The notes: a model not told the origin generated them from the sequence alone. A DNA stretch of 64,000 nt from Spirochaetia bacterium (GCA_965203515.1 OZ241907.1:1920001-1984000), one strand, 5' to 3'; shown: positions 48,078-58,258, counted from the stretch's first letter. A program made the numbers and translations.

Positions 48078-49247
48078 ATGACGATCGCCCGCGTTCGCGC
48101 GCATGTACTGAGCGCCGCGCTGCCGGACGGCGAGGTGTTCGCCTACTCGCAAGGGTGGTGCCGGCAGCGGCGCTCTCTGGTGCTGGAGATCGAGACCGCC
48201 GGCGGCGAGGTGGGATTTGGGGAGGCGTTCGGCCCGCCCGCCACCAACGCGGCGCTGATCGAGGAGGTGTACGCCCCGCTCCTGCGCGGGCGCGACGCCC
48301 GCGACCGGGAGACGCTCTGGCTGGAGTTGTACAACGCCATGCGCGACCACGGCCGCAAGGGCACGGCGCTGGAGGCGCTCAGCGCGGTCGACATCGCGTT
48401 GTGGGACCTTGCCGGCAAGCGCTTCGGGGTGCCCTGCTACCGGCTGGCCGGCCGCGCCTTCCGGCAGCGGGTCGCCGCCTACGCCACCGGCTTCTACCGC
48501 AAGCGCGCCGCCTCCGGCCTGACCGGTCAGGCGCCGCTGCTGGCGGACGAGGCGCGGCGCTACGTCGCCGCCGGCTTCAGCGCGCTCAAGGTCAAGATCG
48601 GATTCGGCATCGACGATGACGTGACCGTGGTCGCCGCGGTGCGCGACGCGGTGGGGCCGGAGGTGCGCATCATGGTCGACGCCAACCACGCCTACGACCG
48701 CGCCGCGGCGCGGGAGGCGGCGATCCGTCTGCACCCGCTGGGCATCGACTGGTTCGAGGAGCCGCTGGTGCCGGAAGATCAGCGCGGGCTTGGCCGGTTC
48801 CGGCGCGAATCGCCGATCCCGGTGGCGACCGGGGAGGCGGAGTTCGGGCGCTGGGGGTTCGCCGACCTGTTGCGGCACGACGGCGCCGACATCGTGCAGC
48901 CGGACTGCTGCGCAGCCGGCGGACTGACCGAAGCGCTGAAGGTTGCCGACCTGGCGGACGCCGCCCACGTGCGCTGCATTCCGCACGTGTGGGGCACCGG
49001 CGTCGCGGTCGCCGCCGCGTTGCAGATGGCGGCGATGATCGCGCCGTGTCCGCCCGGCCTGACTCCGCGCGAGCCGCTGCTGGAGCTGGACCGGACCTGG
49101 AACCCGCTCCGGGAGGAGCTCAACCTCACCCCACCGGCGGTGGGCTCCGACATGGTCTTCACCGTCCCCACCTCCGCCGGGATCGGCTTCGAGCCGAACC
49201 GCGCGATACTGGAGCGCTACCGGGACTCCGCGCGCAGCGCCGATTGA
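48078..49247 (+). CDS. Mandelate racemase/enolase superfamily protein, D-galactarolactone cycloisomerase-like
   Basis: DIALWD, AYATG, KVKIG, MVDAN, WFEEP, TGE, QPD, PHVWGTGV. Confidence 0.88.
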   Translation: MTIARVRAHVLSAALPDGEVFAYSQGWCRQRRSLVLEIETAGGEVGFGEAFGPPATNAALIEEVYAPLLRGRDARDRETLWLELYNAMRDHGRKGTALEALSAVDIALWDLAGKRFGVPCYRLAGRAFRQRVAAYATGFYRKRAASGLTGQAPLLADEARRYVAAGFSALKVKIGFGIDDDVTVVAAVRDAVGPEVRIMVDANHAYDRAAAREAAIRLHPLGIDWFEEPLVPEDQRGLGRFRRESPIPVATGEAEFGRWGFADLLRHDGADIVQPDCCAAGGLTEALKVADLADAAHVRCIPHVWGTGVAVAAALQMAAMIAPCPPGLTPREPLLELDRTWNPLREELNLTPPAVGSDMVFTVPTSAGIGFEPNRAILERYRDSARSAD

Positions 49248-49260
49248 TCGATCGACCGCA

Positions 49261-49647
49261 CTACAGCTCCGCGCGGACCGCGGCAACGACATGGCGGGCG
49301 GTGTCGACCGCCGCTGCCGCCTGGTCGCCGGTGTACACGTCGGAGGGAATGCCGCCCGGCAGCCCGTTCGGATACCTGGTCGGCACGTAGTACTGGTCGA
49401 GCACCGCCAGACTGTCGCGGAACCTCGCCATGACCGGCAACGAGGCCGAGAGCTCTATCAGCGCGTGACCGAGAACGGCACGCTCGCCGCATCCGTAGCG
49501 GAGCGCCTTGATCGCCTTCTCACAGACCTGTTGGCACTGAAAGCAGACCTGCGCGTAGAACCCTTCGCGCAGTCCCAGCTCGGCGTAGGCAAGGTCACTC
49601 TCGGCCTGTCTGAGCCATCGATCGGCTTCTCTGTTGGGTTCCTTCAA
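49261..49647 (-). CDS. HEPN domain protein
   Basis: WLRQAESDL, CF.CQQ..EKAIKA, GH.L, YYVPTRYP. Confidence 0.9.
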   Translation of the reverse strand: MKEPNREADRWLRQAESDLAYAELGLREGFYAQVCFQCQQVCEKAIKALRYGCGERAVLGHALIELSASLPVMARFRDSLAVLDQYYVPTRYPNGLPGGIPSDVYTGDQAAAAVDTARHVVAAVRAEL

Positions 49648-49939
49648 TTCGGTATCCTGTTCGGACCGCCTGCTTGACGAAGTGACGGCCCTCCTCCGCC
49701 AGCATCGCGTCGAGCTCGGCCGGGGTATAGATCAGCAGATCGGCCGCGCCGAGCTCGAGTCGAAGCGCCATGATCTCGCGCACGCGGTCGAAGAACGGCC
49801 GGGCGGTATCGCGCGCCAGAATGACGTCGATGTCGCTCTGCTCGTCGGCCGTACCGGCAGCGACCGAACCGAACACCCAGGCCGTGACGAACCGGTGCGC
49901 GTGACGGGCAAAGATCGCCCTGGCCGTGTTCAGGTTCAC
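49595..49939 (-). CDS. Minimal nucleotidyltransferase (MNT)
   Basis: FGSVA.G…SDIDV, DLLIYTP.E; TGGTACCCT 6 nt before GTG. Confidence 0.88.
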   Translation of the reverse strand: MNLNTARAIFARHAHRFVTAWVFGSVAAGTADEQSDIDVILARDTARPFFDRVREIMALRLELGAADLLIYTPAELDAMLAEEGRHFVKQAVRTGYRIEGTQQRSRSMAQTGRE

Positions 49940-50062
49940 CGAGCGAGGGTACCACGTCCGGCGGCTGCCGGCCCGCCGCTGCGCAGCCGGTCTTGAGTTC
50001 AGGCGATGATCTCGCCGGCATAACGGGAATGAACTCCTGATTTGCAAAGCTAACAAGGAACT

Positions 50063-51838
50063 CTATCGCCGGGCGAGCCGGACCGCCAGCTTCTCGTGTC
50101 CTCCGGCCTTGGCCCAGCCGGCCGGCGTGCCGTCGAATACGTCGTCCCGCATGGTCGGGTCGGCGCCCCGCGACAGCAGCGTTTCCACCAGGGCCGCGTC
50201 TCCGTCGAACGCCGTCTGGTGCAGTGCCGTCGCCCCGTCGCCGCGCCGCGCATTGACGTCGACGCCCGCCTCCAGGAGCGCGCGCACCAGTTCCGTCTCG
50301 CCCAGCGTGACGCTCTCCACCAGGGCGCGGCCGGCCACCGGGGACGAGGGGTCGACGCGCGCCCCCGCGGACAACCGCACCAGCAGCGTATCGACGTCAT
50401 CCAGCCGCGCGCCGCCGCGCGCGAGCGCCGCGATCATCGGCAGCGTCAACCGCGCATCCCGGGGCGGCGCGCTGCCCGCCAACAGGCCCCGCGGCGTCTG
50501 GTCCGGGCCGCCCCGATACGCATAGCAGCTCGCGTTGGGATCGCTGCCGGCCGCCAGCAACAGCTCGATCACCTCGACCGCATTCGCCGGCGTCCGCTGC
50601 CGTTCGCCCTCCACCCCGTTCGCCGCTACGTAATGCAGCAACGTGCACCGGTGCGGCCGCGGCGAACGCGCCGTCGCCAACTCCGGATGCTCCGACATGA
50701 GCGCGCGCAGGCCGTCGACGTCGCCGCGCACCACGGCGTCCGCAGCGCGCTCGAAGGCGGCGGCGAGCGCCGGGTCGTCGCAGCCGAGCGCCGGCTCCCG
50801 CCGCCCGTCCGCACCCAGCAGCGCGGCCAGCTCCCGCCGCGCCGCGCCGTCCTCCAGGCCGAGCGCGCAGTCGGCCGCGGTCCGTCCCTCGTAGTTCGGC
50901 GCCCGCGGATCGGCGCCGGCCGCCAGCAGCGACCGGCAGGCGGTCACGTCTCCGGCGAGTGCCGCCAGATGCAGCGCGGTCTGCCCGTCGTCATCGACCG
51001 CAGCGGCGTCCGCGCCGCCCGCCAGCAGCATCGCCACCGCCTGCGTGTCGGCGCCGCGGGCCGCGCGGCAGACCCATACGTGATCCGCCGGCCGGAGCGG
51101 CAGCCGACCTGCCGACTTCCGCATCTCGGCAGCTCGCTCGACGTCGTGCGCGAAGCAGGCGCCAACCCAGCGGTCGACCTCGCCTACGTCCTGATCCCGC
51201 GCGCCGTGCTCGCGCAGCAGCCCCGCCAACCCGTCTCGCGCAAGACAGACCGCCAGCGCCAGCGGCGTCCGCCCGCTTCGGTCGCGGAACTCCACGTGCG
51301 CCCCATGCTCCAACAACGCGCGGACCACGGCCGGGCCGGCATCGAGCGCCACCGCCTCGTGCAGGCAGTTGCCGCCGAATCCCCAGGCGCCCACCGTCCA
51401 GTTCGGATCGCCGCCGGCCGCCAACAGGCGGCGGGTCAACGCCTCGTCGTCATACGGCAGGCTCTGCGGCAGGGCGTGGCAGACGTGCCACTGTGGAGGC
51501 TCCGCGCCGAGCAGCGCCTCGAGGCTCTCCCGGTCGCCATGCCGCACCGCCTCCCACATGGCGCACCCCTCGTAGAGGGTCGGCCCGTCGGCCGCGTCGG
51601 CGCCCGCGTCCAACAGCAGCCGGACCAGCGGCGCGCTCCGCGCCTGGCCGACCGCCGCGCCCAGCACCGTCCGGTAGCCGCGCGCGGTCTCCGTCTCCGG
51701 CGCGCCGGCGTTGGCGTCGGCGCCCAGCTCCAGGAGCCGGCGCGCTATCGCCAGACGCGCCGCGCCGGCCGCGGCAGCTACCGCCCGGTACCGCACGCTG
51801 CAGAGCATGAGCAGCACCGTGTCCGGGGCAACGTCCAT
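50063..51838 (-). CDS. Ankyrin repeat protein
   Basis: Multiple LL..GAD.N, GRTPL.LA, GQTALHLAA, GATALH motifs. Confidence 0.88.
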   Translation of the reverse strand: MDVAPDTVLLMLCSVRYRAVAAAAGAARLAIARRLLELGADANAGAPETETARGYRTVLGAAVGQARSAPLVRLLLDAGADAADGPTLYEGCAMWEAVRHGDRESLEALLGAEPPQWHVCHALPQSLPYDDEALTRRLLAAGGDPNWTVGAWGFGGNCLHEAVALDAGPAVVRALLEHGAHVEFRDRSGRTPLALAVCLARDGLAGLLREHGARDQDVGEVDRWVGACFAHDVERAAEMRKSAGRLPLRPADHVWVCRAARGADTQAVAMLLAGGADAAAVDDDGQTALHLAALAGDVTACRSLLAAGADPRAPNYEGRTAADCALGLEDGAARRELAALLGADGRREPALGCDDPALAAAFERAADAVVRGDVDGLRALMSEHPELATARSPRPHRCTLLHYVAANGVEGERQRTPANAVEVIELLLAAGSDPNASCYAYRGGPDQTPRGLLAGSAPPRDARLTLPMIAALARGGARLDDVDTLLVRLSAGARVDPSSPVAGRALVESVTLGETELVRALLEAGVDVNARRGDGATALHQTAFDGDAALVETLLSRGADPTMRDDVFDGTPAGWAKAGGHEKLAVRLARR

Positions 51839-51853
51839 GCGCCAATGCTGCCG

Positions 51854-52393
51854 CTAACTTAGCTCCCGCGGCGGTTGCAACAGCTCCAGCGGGATGCCGT
51901 CGAAGTCGTTGAAGTAGACGGCGAAGCCGCCCTTGTTGCGGCCCGCCTCGATCGGCACCGGCGCGCTCTTGAAGCGCACGCCCTCGGCGGCCAGCCGATC
52001 GTACATCGCGTGGATGTCGCCGACCGCGAACGCAAGGTGAGCGACGCCGGGCCGGTTGGTGGCGGTGTCGATCGGCGCGCCCGCCGGATGGAGGTACTGC
52101 ACCAACTCCAGGTGGTGGCCGCTCACGTCGACCGGGCAGTCGGGGATGCGCAGCATCGCCACGTCCAGATCGGCCCCCTCGTACGCCACCAGCCGCTCCG
52201 TATACGGATTGGCCTGCCGTTGCCGGTGGACCAGCTCCATGCCGATCAGCCGGCAGTAGAAGTCGATGCTGCGGTCCAGGTCGCGCACCGTATAGCTGAA
52301 GTGCCACAGGCCGCTCGCCACCGCGTTCCTGCGCCCTGCGGACCGGGTTTCGCCGCTACCGGCCGATCGGCCGCCCCGCTCGATACCGCTCAT
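51854..52393 (-). CDS. VOC (glyoxalase/bleomycin resistance) family protein
   Basis: HFSYTVRDLDRSIDFY, LELVQY, HLAFAV.DI, YF.DFDG..LEL. Confidence 0.88.
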   Translation of the reverse strand: MSGIERGGRSAGSGETRSAGRRNAVASGLWHFSYTVRDLDRSIDFYCRLIGMELVHRQRQANPYTERLVAYEGADLDVAMLRIPDCPVDVSGHHLELVQYLHPAGAPIDTATNRPGVAHLAFAVGDIHAMYDRLAAEGVRFKSAPVPIEAGRNKGGFAVYFNDFDGIPLELLQPPRELS

Positions 52394-53931
52394 ACCCGGT
52401 AGGCGAACAGCGTGGCGGCGAACATCCTGATACGGATCACCACCGTGGAGCCGGCGCCGCGCAGATCGCTGCTGCCGTTCCAGGAGACCGCGCGGTCGGC
52501 ATCGTCGCCGGTGAGCGGGTCGCACGCCGCGAACGTGTAGCCGTCGATGCCGGGCACGTCCGGGTTCAGGCGCGAGGGAATCGATCGGATCAGCTCGACC
52601 TTGATCCAGCCGCCGGCTCGGCAGCGGTAGTTGAGGCGCAACGGGCCGCCCGAGCGGGTGATCGTGGGGATGGTGAAGCGCCCTTCGGTCTCGGCATCGA
52701 TGCCGGCCAACCGGTGCGGGCGCCAGCGCGCCCAGCGGATGACGCCGTGGGCGCGCGGCATGGTGCGGCCGGCGTTGTGCAGCCAGGAGGTGGCGTCGTA
52801 CGGGACCGCCCACCAGCCGTCCGGCAGGGTGATCAGCCCCACGCCCCACGGCCAGGTGATGCCGGCTTCGTCGCTGCCGGGAGGTCCGACCGGGATCACC
52901 GGCCGCCGTTCGGGGCGCGTCCAGTACAGGCCGTCGCGGCTGAAGGCGAGCTGCGCGTCGCCGTGGTCGCCGATCTGGTGATAGACCTGCACCACGCCCA
53001 CATGCAGATCGTCCCGTCCCGGATAGGGGAAGTAGTACATGCCGTAGAACGAGGTGTCCGGCGGGTCCTGGGGATCGGCGGTGAGCACCAGCCGCGATCG
53101 CGGCCAGCGGCGAAAGTCGGTGGTCCCGGTGATGCCGATGCTGCGGCGGCCGGTGCCGCCGGGACGCACGAACGCGAAGTAGCGGCCGGTCGCCGCGTCA
53201 TGGCCGGGAGCGATGCCGCCGTCGGCCGGCATGTCGGCCAGCGGTTCGTCGATCACCGTCCAGCGCAGGCCGTCCGGTGAGGTCCACCCCTGCAGCCAGG
53301 TGCGGTTGACGATGCGCGGGCCGTCGTAGGCGGCGCCGGCGTAATCGGCCGCCGCCATGCGCTGCTGCCACTCTTCCGTCGGCAGCAGCTCGTCCGTGTC
53401 GGGATCGAAGTAGCCGCCGGTCATCCGTATCGCCTTGAAGCGCTCGGCCGGCTCGGCGGTCGGGTCGATGAACATCCCGCAGTGGGCCGGCCCGTCGGTG
53501 ACGTTGTCGGCCCGCCCGCCGACCGGCGCCTTGTCGAAGCGGTAGCCGTCGGCCGAGCGCGCGTAGCGGAGCGTCGACTCGCCGCTCGGCGGGAAGGCGC
53601 CGTACAGGATGTGGTAGTGCCCGTCCTCCTGCCAGGCGAGCACGTTGTGCAGCCCGCCGCCGCCTTCCAAGGCCGGGTCGGAGCGGATCAGCGCCGCCGA
53701 CTTGCAGGCCGGCTCGATCCGCAGGCGGATGCCGACCGGTGCGTCGAACAGTTCATAGCGGCCGTCGCGGGTGACCCCGCGATTGCCGGGATGGACCTCT
53801 TCCCAGTCGATCAGCGGGTTCCAGGCGGCGCGGGCATCGCGCGTGTGCAGCGTCTCGCGCCCTTGTCCTTCGTCGCCCCAGCCCGCCGGCCGGAAGGCGT
53901 GCGCACCGATCCCGGTCAACCCCTCGGTCAT
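52390..53931 (-). CDS. Hypothetical beta-propeller glycoside hydrolase-like protein
   Basis: SADGYRF, FIDP…ERFKA, SPDGLRW, FSRDGLYW; C-terminal domain similar to 40211-41632. Confidence 0.6.
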   Translation of the reverse strand: MTEGLTGIGAHAFRPAGWGDEGQGRETLHTRDARAAWNPLIDWEEVHPGNRGVTRDGRYELFDAPVGIRLRIEPACKSAALIRSDPALEGGGGLHNVLAWQEDGHYHILYGAFPPSGESTLRYARSADGYRFDKAPVGGRADNVTDGPAHCGMFIDPTAEPAERFKAIRMTGGYFDPDTDELLPTEEWQQRMAAADYAGAAYDGPRIVNRTWLQGWTSPDGLRWTVIDEPLADMPADGGIAPGHDAATGRYFAFVRPGGTGRRSIGITGTTDFRRWPRSRLVLTADPQDPPDTSFYGMYYFPYPGRDDLHVGVVQVYHQIGDHGDAQLAFSRDGLYWTRPERRPVIPVGPPGSDEAGITWPWGVGLITLPDGWWAVPYDATSWLHNAGRTMPRAHGVIRWARWRPHRLAGIDAETEGRFTIPTITRSGGPLRLNYRCRAGGWIKVELIRSIPSRLNPDVPGIDGYTFAACDPLTGDDADRAVSWNGSSDLRGAGSTVVIRIRMFAATLFAYRV

Positions 53932-53997
53932 ACCCCCGACGATACCGGCTTGACGCTCCGGCGGCAAAACCTCGTGCCGTGGTATGCTGGCGGTCGG

Positions 53998-54582
53998 ATG
54001 AGCAGCGCTACCTGGGGACCGTCGGCGTTTCGAGCACGCGCCACCGGACGCAGCCGCACGCGGCGCATCCTGAACACGATCGGTCTGGCGGCGCTCACCG
54101 CCGGCTTGGCGCTGCTGGTGACGTTCACCTCCGGCGTCCAGGACCTGGACGAGGTGATCCTGGCGATCGGCGCCGCGGTCGCTTCGCTGGCGGCGGTGGT
54201 GGCCGTGCGCGCGGTGCAGAGCGAGCTGGCCTTTCACGAAGCGCCTCGACTGGAACGGATCCGACACGACCAGGACGCCCGCCGGGGGCAGCCGGCGGTG
54301 CCGTCGCCGCTGGCCAAGATCGCATCCGAGCTGGAACTGGCGCAGACCAGCAAGCGCTACTACCGGCGGGTCCTGGGTCCCCGGCTCGCGGCGGTCGCAG
54401 CCGGGCTGGTCGACCGCGCCGCCCGTGAGCGGCTGCTGGCCCGCATCGACGCGATCGGCCGGCCCGGCGACGCCTTCGCCGATCGTCTGCCGGAGCGGAT
54501 CACGCGCCGCGGCGTCCCGCTGGCGCAGCTCGCCGGCGTGGTGCGGGAGATGGATCGAGCCGACGCCGGCGACGTCACCTGA
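53998..54582 (+). CDS. Hypothetical membrane protein of the MoxR cluster
   Basis: Two TM segments; directly upstream of moxR. Confidence 0.6.
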   Translation: MSSATWGPSAFRARATGRSRTRRILNTIGLAALTAGLALLVTFTSGVQDLDEVILAIGAAVASLAAVVAVRAVQSELAFHEAPRLERIRHDQDARRGQPAVPSPLAKIASELELAQTSKRYYRRVLGPRLAAVAAGLVDRAARERLLARIDAIGRPGDAFADRLPERITRRGVPLAQLAGVVREMDRADAGDVT

Positions 54583-54613
54583 CACGACGACACGACGAAA
54601 CTGAGGAGCGACC

Positions 54614-55567
54614 ATGGAACTGACACGGGTCAGTGAGACCACACGCCGGGCGGTCGATGAGGTCGGCCGTTTCATCGTCGGCAAGGACGACGTCCTGCGG
54701 CAGATACTGATGGGACTGATGGCCGACGGGCACATCCTGCTGCAGGACTTTCCCGGCTTGGCCAAGACGATGATCGCGCAGTCGTTCGCGCAGGTGCTCG
54801 ACATCCGCTTCACGCGCATCCAGTTCACGCCCGACCTGCTGCCCGGCGAGATCACCGGCGGTTACGTCTACAACCAGCGCGACGCCGCGTTCGAGTTCCG
54901 CAAAGGGCCGATATTCGCCAACCTGCTGCTCGGCGACGAGATCAACCGCGCGACGCCCAAGACCCAGTCGGCGCTGCTGGAGGCGATGCAGGAGCGGCAG
55001 GTCACGGTGGAGGGCGAGCGCTTCGCGATCGAGAAGCCGTTCGTGGTCATCGCCACGCAGAACCCGGTCGAGTTCGAGGGGACCTACCCGCTGCCGGAGG
55101 CGCAGCTCGACCGCTTCATCATGCGCACCGGCATCGGCTACCCGAGCGCCGAGGACGAATACGAGATCCTGCGGCGCCGACAGGAGCGCAAGGAAGACAC
55201 GGTCGCGCTCGCGCCGGTCGTCTCCAAGGAAGAGCTGCTGGCCATGCAACTCGCGCTGGAGGAGGTGCACGTCTCCGAGCCGATCGGCAAGTACATCGTC
55301 GACCTGACGCGCGCCACGCGTGAGGACGCCAAGGTGCAGGTCGGCGCTTCGCCGCGCGGCGTCTACGCGGTGTTCAAGCTGGCGCGCGCGCACGCGGTCC
55401 TCGACGGCCGCGACTTCGTGACCCCGGAGGACGTCAAGGAGGTGGCGGTGATCGCCCTGGCCCACCGCATCGTGATGAAGCCGGAGTACTGGGTTCGCGG
55501 CATCTCCGACGAATCGATCGTCCAGGACGCGATGAACGAGGTGCCCACGCCGCAAGCCGACGCGTGA
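54614..55567 (+). CDS. moxR: MoxR family AAA+ ATPase
   Basis: PGLAKT, RIQFTPDLLP, DEINRATPKTQSALLEAMQE, TQNP.E.EGTYPLPEAQLDRF. Confidence 0.95.
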   Translation: MELTRVSETTRRAVDEVGRFIVGKDDVLRQILMGLMADGHILLQDFPGLAKTMIAQSFAQVLDIRFTRIQFTPDLLPGEITGGYVYNQRDAAFEFRKGPIFANLLLGDEINRATPKTQSALLEAMQERQVTVEGERFAIEKPFVVIATQNPVEFEGTYPLPEAQLDRFIMRTGIGYPSAEDEYEILRRRQERKEDTVALAPVVSKEELLAMQLALEEVHVSEPIGKYIVDLTRATREDAKVQVGASPRGVYAVFKLARAHAVLDGRDFVTPEDVKEVAVIALAHRIVMKPEYWVRGISDESIVQDAMNEVPTPQADA

Positions 55568-55568
55568 C

Positions 55569-56846
55569 GTGACCAAGCACTTCGGAGCGCGCTTCGTCTC
55601 CTACCTGGCGCTGACCCTGGTCAGCCTGGTGTTCGCGGCGCTGCTGCGGCGCATCGAACTGGTGATGATCGGCGCCACCTTCGCGGTCGCGATCGTCGCC
55701 GCGCTGCTCGGCGACCGCACGCCGCGCATGCGGTTCAGCCACAGCATCTCCCGGCTGACCATGTTCGAGGGGGACGAGGTCGACGTCGAGTTCACCGTCC
55801 ACGCCGGCACTGCGGTGCCGATCGCGGAAGTGGTCGACCCGCTGCCGGCCGGCGCGTCGCTGGTCTCCGGGCGCAACGCCGTGGTCGTCTCGCTCGGCCC
55901 CGGACAGACCGAGACCTGCCGCTACCGGTTGCGCATCGACCGGCGCGCCCGCTTCACGCAGGGCCGGCTGTTCCACCGCGCCTACGCCGGCTCCGGCATG
56001 ATCCTGTGGGAGGCGGAGTGGAGCGACCCCAAGGTCTGCACCGCCTACCCGCGCGTCGATTCGGTCAGCCGCCCGATCCGGCCGTTCCATACGCAGGTGA
56101 ACGTCGGCAACTACCCCTCGCGCGAAGCGTCCGAGGGGTTGGAGTTCGCCAGCATGCGGGAATACGTACCGGGCGACCGGCTGCGCGCCGTCAACTGGCG
56201 CGCGACGCAGCGCACCGGCCGCATGTACGTCAACGAGTACACGCGCGAGCGCAACGCCGACATCGTGCTGCTGCTCGATGCGTTCGAGGATGCGGGCGCG
56301 TTCGGCTCGACCGTGCTCGACCAGGCGACCCGCATCGTCGCGTCGCTGGCGCGCTACTTCCTCACCGGCAACAACCGCGTGGGCTGCATCGAGCTGTCGG
56401 GGCTGCTGCGCTGGGTGAGCCCCAACCTCGGCACCCGCCAGCAGTACCGGATATTGGAGTTTCTCACCGACGTGCGCGCGCGGGAGAGCGACGTCGACCG
56501 CGACATCACCAAGGTGCCCCGGCAGATCCTGCCGGCGCAAGCGCTGATCGCCGCGTTCACGCCGCTGATCGACGTGCGGTTCACCGACACGCTGCTCAAT
56601 CTGGCCAGCCGCCGGTACGACGTGGCGGCCGTGGTGATCAATCCCGCGCTGGCGCTGGCCCCGGTCTACGGCGCCACGCCGAGCGAGGCGGCGGCGGTGC
56701 CGCTGTGGCGCATGGAGACCGACCGCGCGTCGCGCCAGTTCTCCGAGGCCGGCGTGCCGATCATCCGCCTGGAGCCGGACGAGCCGGTCGAGCTGCTGGC
56801 GTCCCGGATCGACGCCCTGCGCCGCCGCCGGTCGTTGCTGCAATGA
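55569..56846 (+). CDS. DUF58 domain protein
   Basis: EFASMREYVPGDRLRAVNWRAT.R; follows moxR. Confidence 0.9.
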   Translation: MTKHFGARFVSYLALTLVSLVFAALLRRIELVMIGATFAVAIVAALLGDRTPRMRFSHSISRLTMFEGDEVDVEFTVHAGTAVPIAEVVDPLPAGASLVSGRNAVVVSLGPGQTETCRYRLRIDRRARFTQGRLFHRAYAGSGMILWEAEWSDPKVCTAYPRVDSVSRPIRPFHTQVNVGNYPSREASEGLEFASMREYVPGDRLRAVNWRATQRTGRMYVNEYTRERNADIVLLLDAFEDAGAFGSTVLDQATRIVASLARYFLTGNNRVGCIELSGLLRWVSPNLGTRQQYRILEFLTDVRARESDVDRDITKVPRQILPAQALIAAFTPLIDVRFTDTLLNLASRRYDVAAVVINPALALAPVYGATPSEAAAVPLWRMETDRASRQFSEAGVPIIRLEPDEPVELLASRIDALRRRRSLLQ

Positions 56847-57397
56847 CCCGGCTGGTGCTGCTCGGCCTGCCGCTGGCGCTGGGCGCGTGGAACCTGGCGC
56901 TGGCCGGCATCACCCTGGGCACGGTGCTTGCGTCCCTGGTCGGGGCGGCGGCGGTGATCTACGGCGCTCAGCAACGCCGGTCCGGCTACGTCACCGCCGG
57001 CGTGTTCGCGCTGCTGGTGGCGCACGCGGGCGCGCTGGTGACCGCCGGCGCGCCGGTGCAGGTGTGGCCCGGCCTGGCCTACGGTCTGGGGCTGCTCGTC
57101 ATCATGGAGGCGTCCTACGATCACCTGACCATCCTGCGCGGCCGCGCCGCCGGCAACCGCTACGCCGTGCGGCGCAGCTATCTGATCCGGGTCGGCGCCG
57201 CCGCGGTCGCCGCCGGCTTCGCGGTCGCCGTCCTGGGCGTGGGATACACGCCGCGGCTGGCCGACCAGTCGGCGCCGGCGATCTTCTGGATCGGCGGCTT
57301 GAGCGTGGTCGCCCTGTCGGTGGCGGCGCTCATGTTGCTGCGCTTCTGGCTCAAGGAGCGCTCCTCCGCGGATGCCGACAGCCGCAGCGAAACGTAG
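56843..57397 (+). CDS. Hypothetical integral membrane protein
   Basis: Several hydrophobic segments; ATGA overlap with DUF58 gene. Confidence 0.7.
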   Translation: MTRLVLLGLPLALGAWNLALAGITLGTVLASLVGAAAVIYGAQQRRSGYVTAGVFALLVAHAGALVTAGAPVQVWPGLAYGLGLLVIMEASYDHLTILRGRAAGNRYAVRRSYLIRVGAAAVAAGFAVAVLGVGYTPRLADQSAPAIFWIGGLSVVALSVAALMLLRFWLKERSSADADSRSET

Positions 57398-57454
57398 TAG
57401 ACTCCGCGGGTTCCGCGCGTCCTGGCGACCGCGGGGCATGGAGGGGAACAAGCA

Positions 57455-58234
57455 ATGCAGAGGACGAAGCGCAGGCGGTCGGTCTGGTTGGCAGCGGCAG
57501 CTCTGTCGCTGGCCGCGTCGGGAGCCGCCGCGGCTCAGGAAAGCCCGCAACAGGAGCTGCTCGCGGCGTTCTACGGACCGCCCGATCTGACCATGCTCAC
57601 CTACTACAGCGCCGGCTGGACCCATCTGTTGTTCGACAATGCGTACCCTGATCTCCTGGCCCGACTGGGCCAGAGCAGGACCCCGGAACGGAACAGCTTT
57701 TCGCACGGCTGGGGGGCGCTGGTCACCTACGGGCGGTTCGTCGCGGTGCTGGAGACCAGCCACGCGGGCTCCGCCAGCAGGAACGCCCGGAAGGAGTCGG
57801 TGGAACTGTCGACCGACGATCTGTCGCTCCAGGTCGGCTACGCGCCGATCAAGCTGCCGGCCGCCATCGGCTTCATCACCGCCGGCGCCGGCATGCAGAC
57901 GGTGGGGCTGCGCGGCTATCCCGAATCTCCCGGCACCTTCGACGCCGTGGTCGTCGACGGCAGCGAGGATCGTATATTCTCGGTCAGCGCCAGCACGCTG
58001 GTCCTCAAGGCTTCGGCCGGATTCGAGCTCGCGGTCCTGCCGCCCGGCGACCCGTGGGGCCTGCACGCCGGCATCATCGCCGGCGTCGCCTACGCGCCCC
58101 TGGATCCGAAGTATCGGCTGTTCGGCGGCGCCGGCCTACTCGACGGCGCGCCGCTGCTCACCGGCAACCACCCCAAGCTCACCCCCTGGTCATTCAGCGT
58201 CAGCCTGCTGCTGGGGGTCGGCGGCGGCCTGTAG
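57455..58234 (+). CDS. Hypothetical exported protein, possibly outer-membrane beta-barrel
   Basis: Signal peptide ending AAAAQ; alternating beta-strand pattern; RBS GGAGGGG. Confidence 0.6.
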   Translation: MQRTKRRRSVWLAAAALSLAASGAAAAQESPQQELLAAFYGPPDLTMLTYYSAGWTHLLFDNAYPDLLARLGQSRTPERNSFSHGWGALVTYGRFVAVLETSHAGSASRNARKESVELSTDDLSLQVGYAPIKLPAAIGFITAGAGMQTVGLRGYPESPGTFDAVVVDGSEDRIFSVSASTLVLKASAGFELAVLPPGDPWGLHAGIIAGVAYAPLDPKYRLFGGAGLLDGAPLLTGNHPKLTPWSFSVSLLLGVGGGL

Positions 58235-58258
58235 GCGTCCGCCGGGGCTCGCCTCAAA

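Noticed and set aside
53998..57397. MoxR-DUF58-membrane cluster as a novel system
   Set aside because: Widely known gene arrangement; nothing unusual visible.
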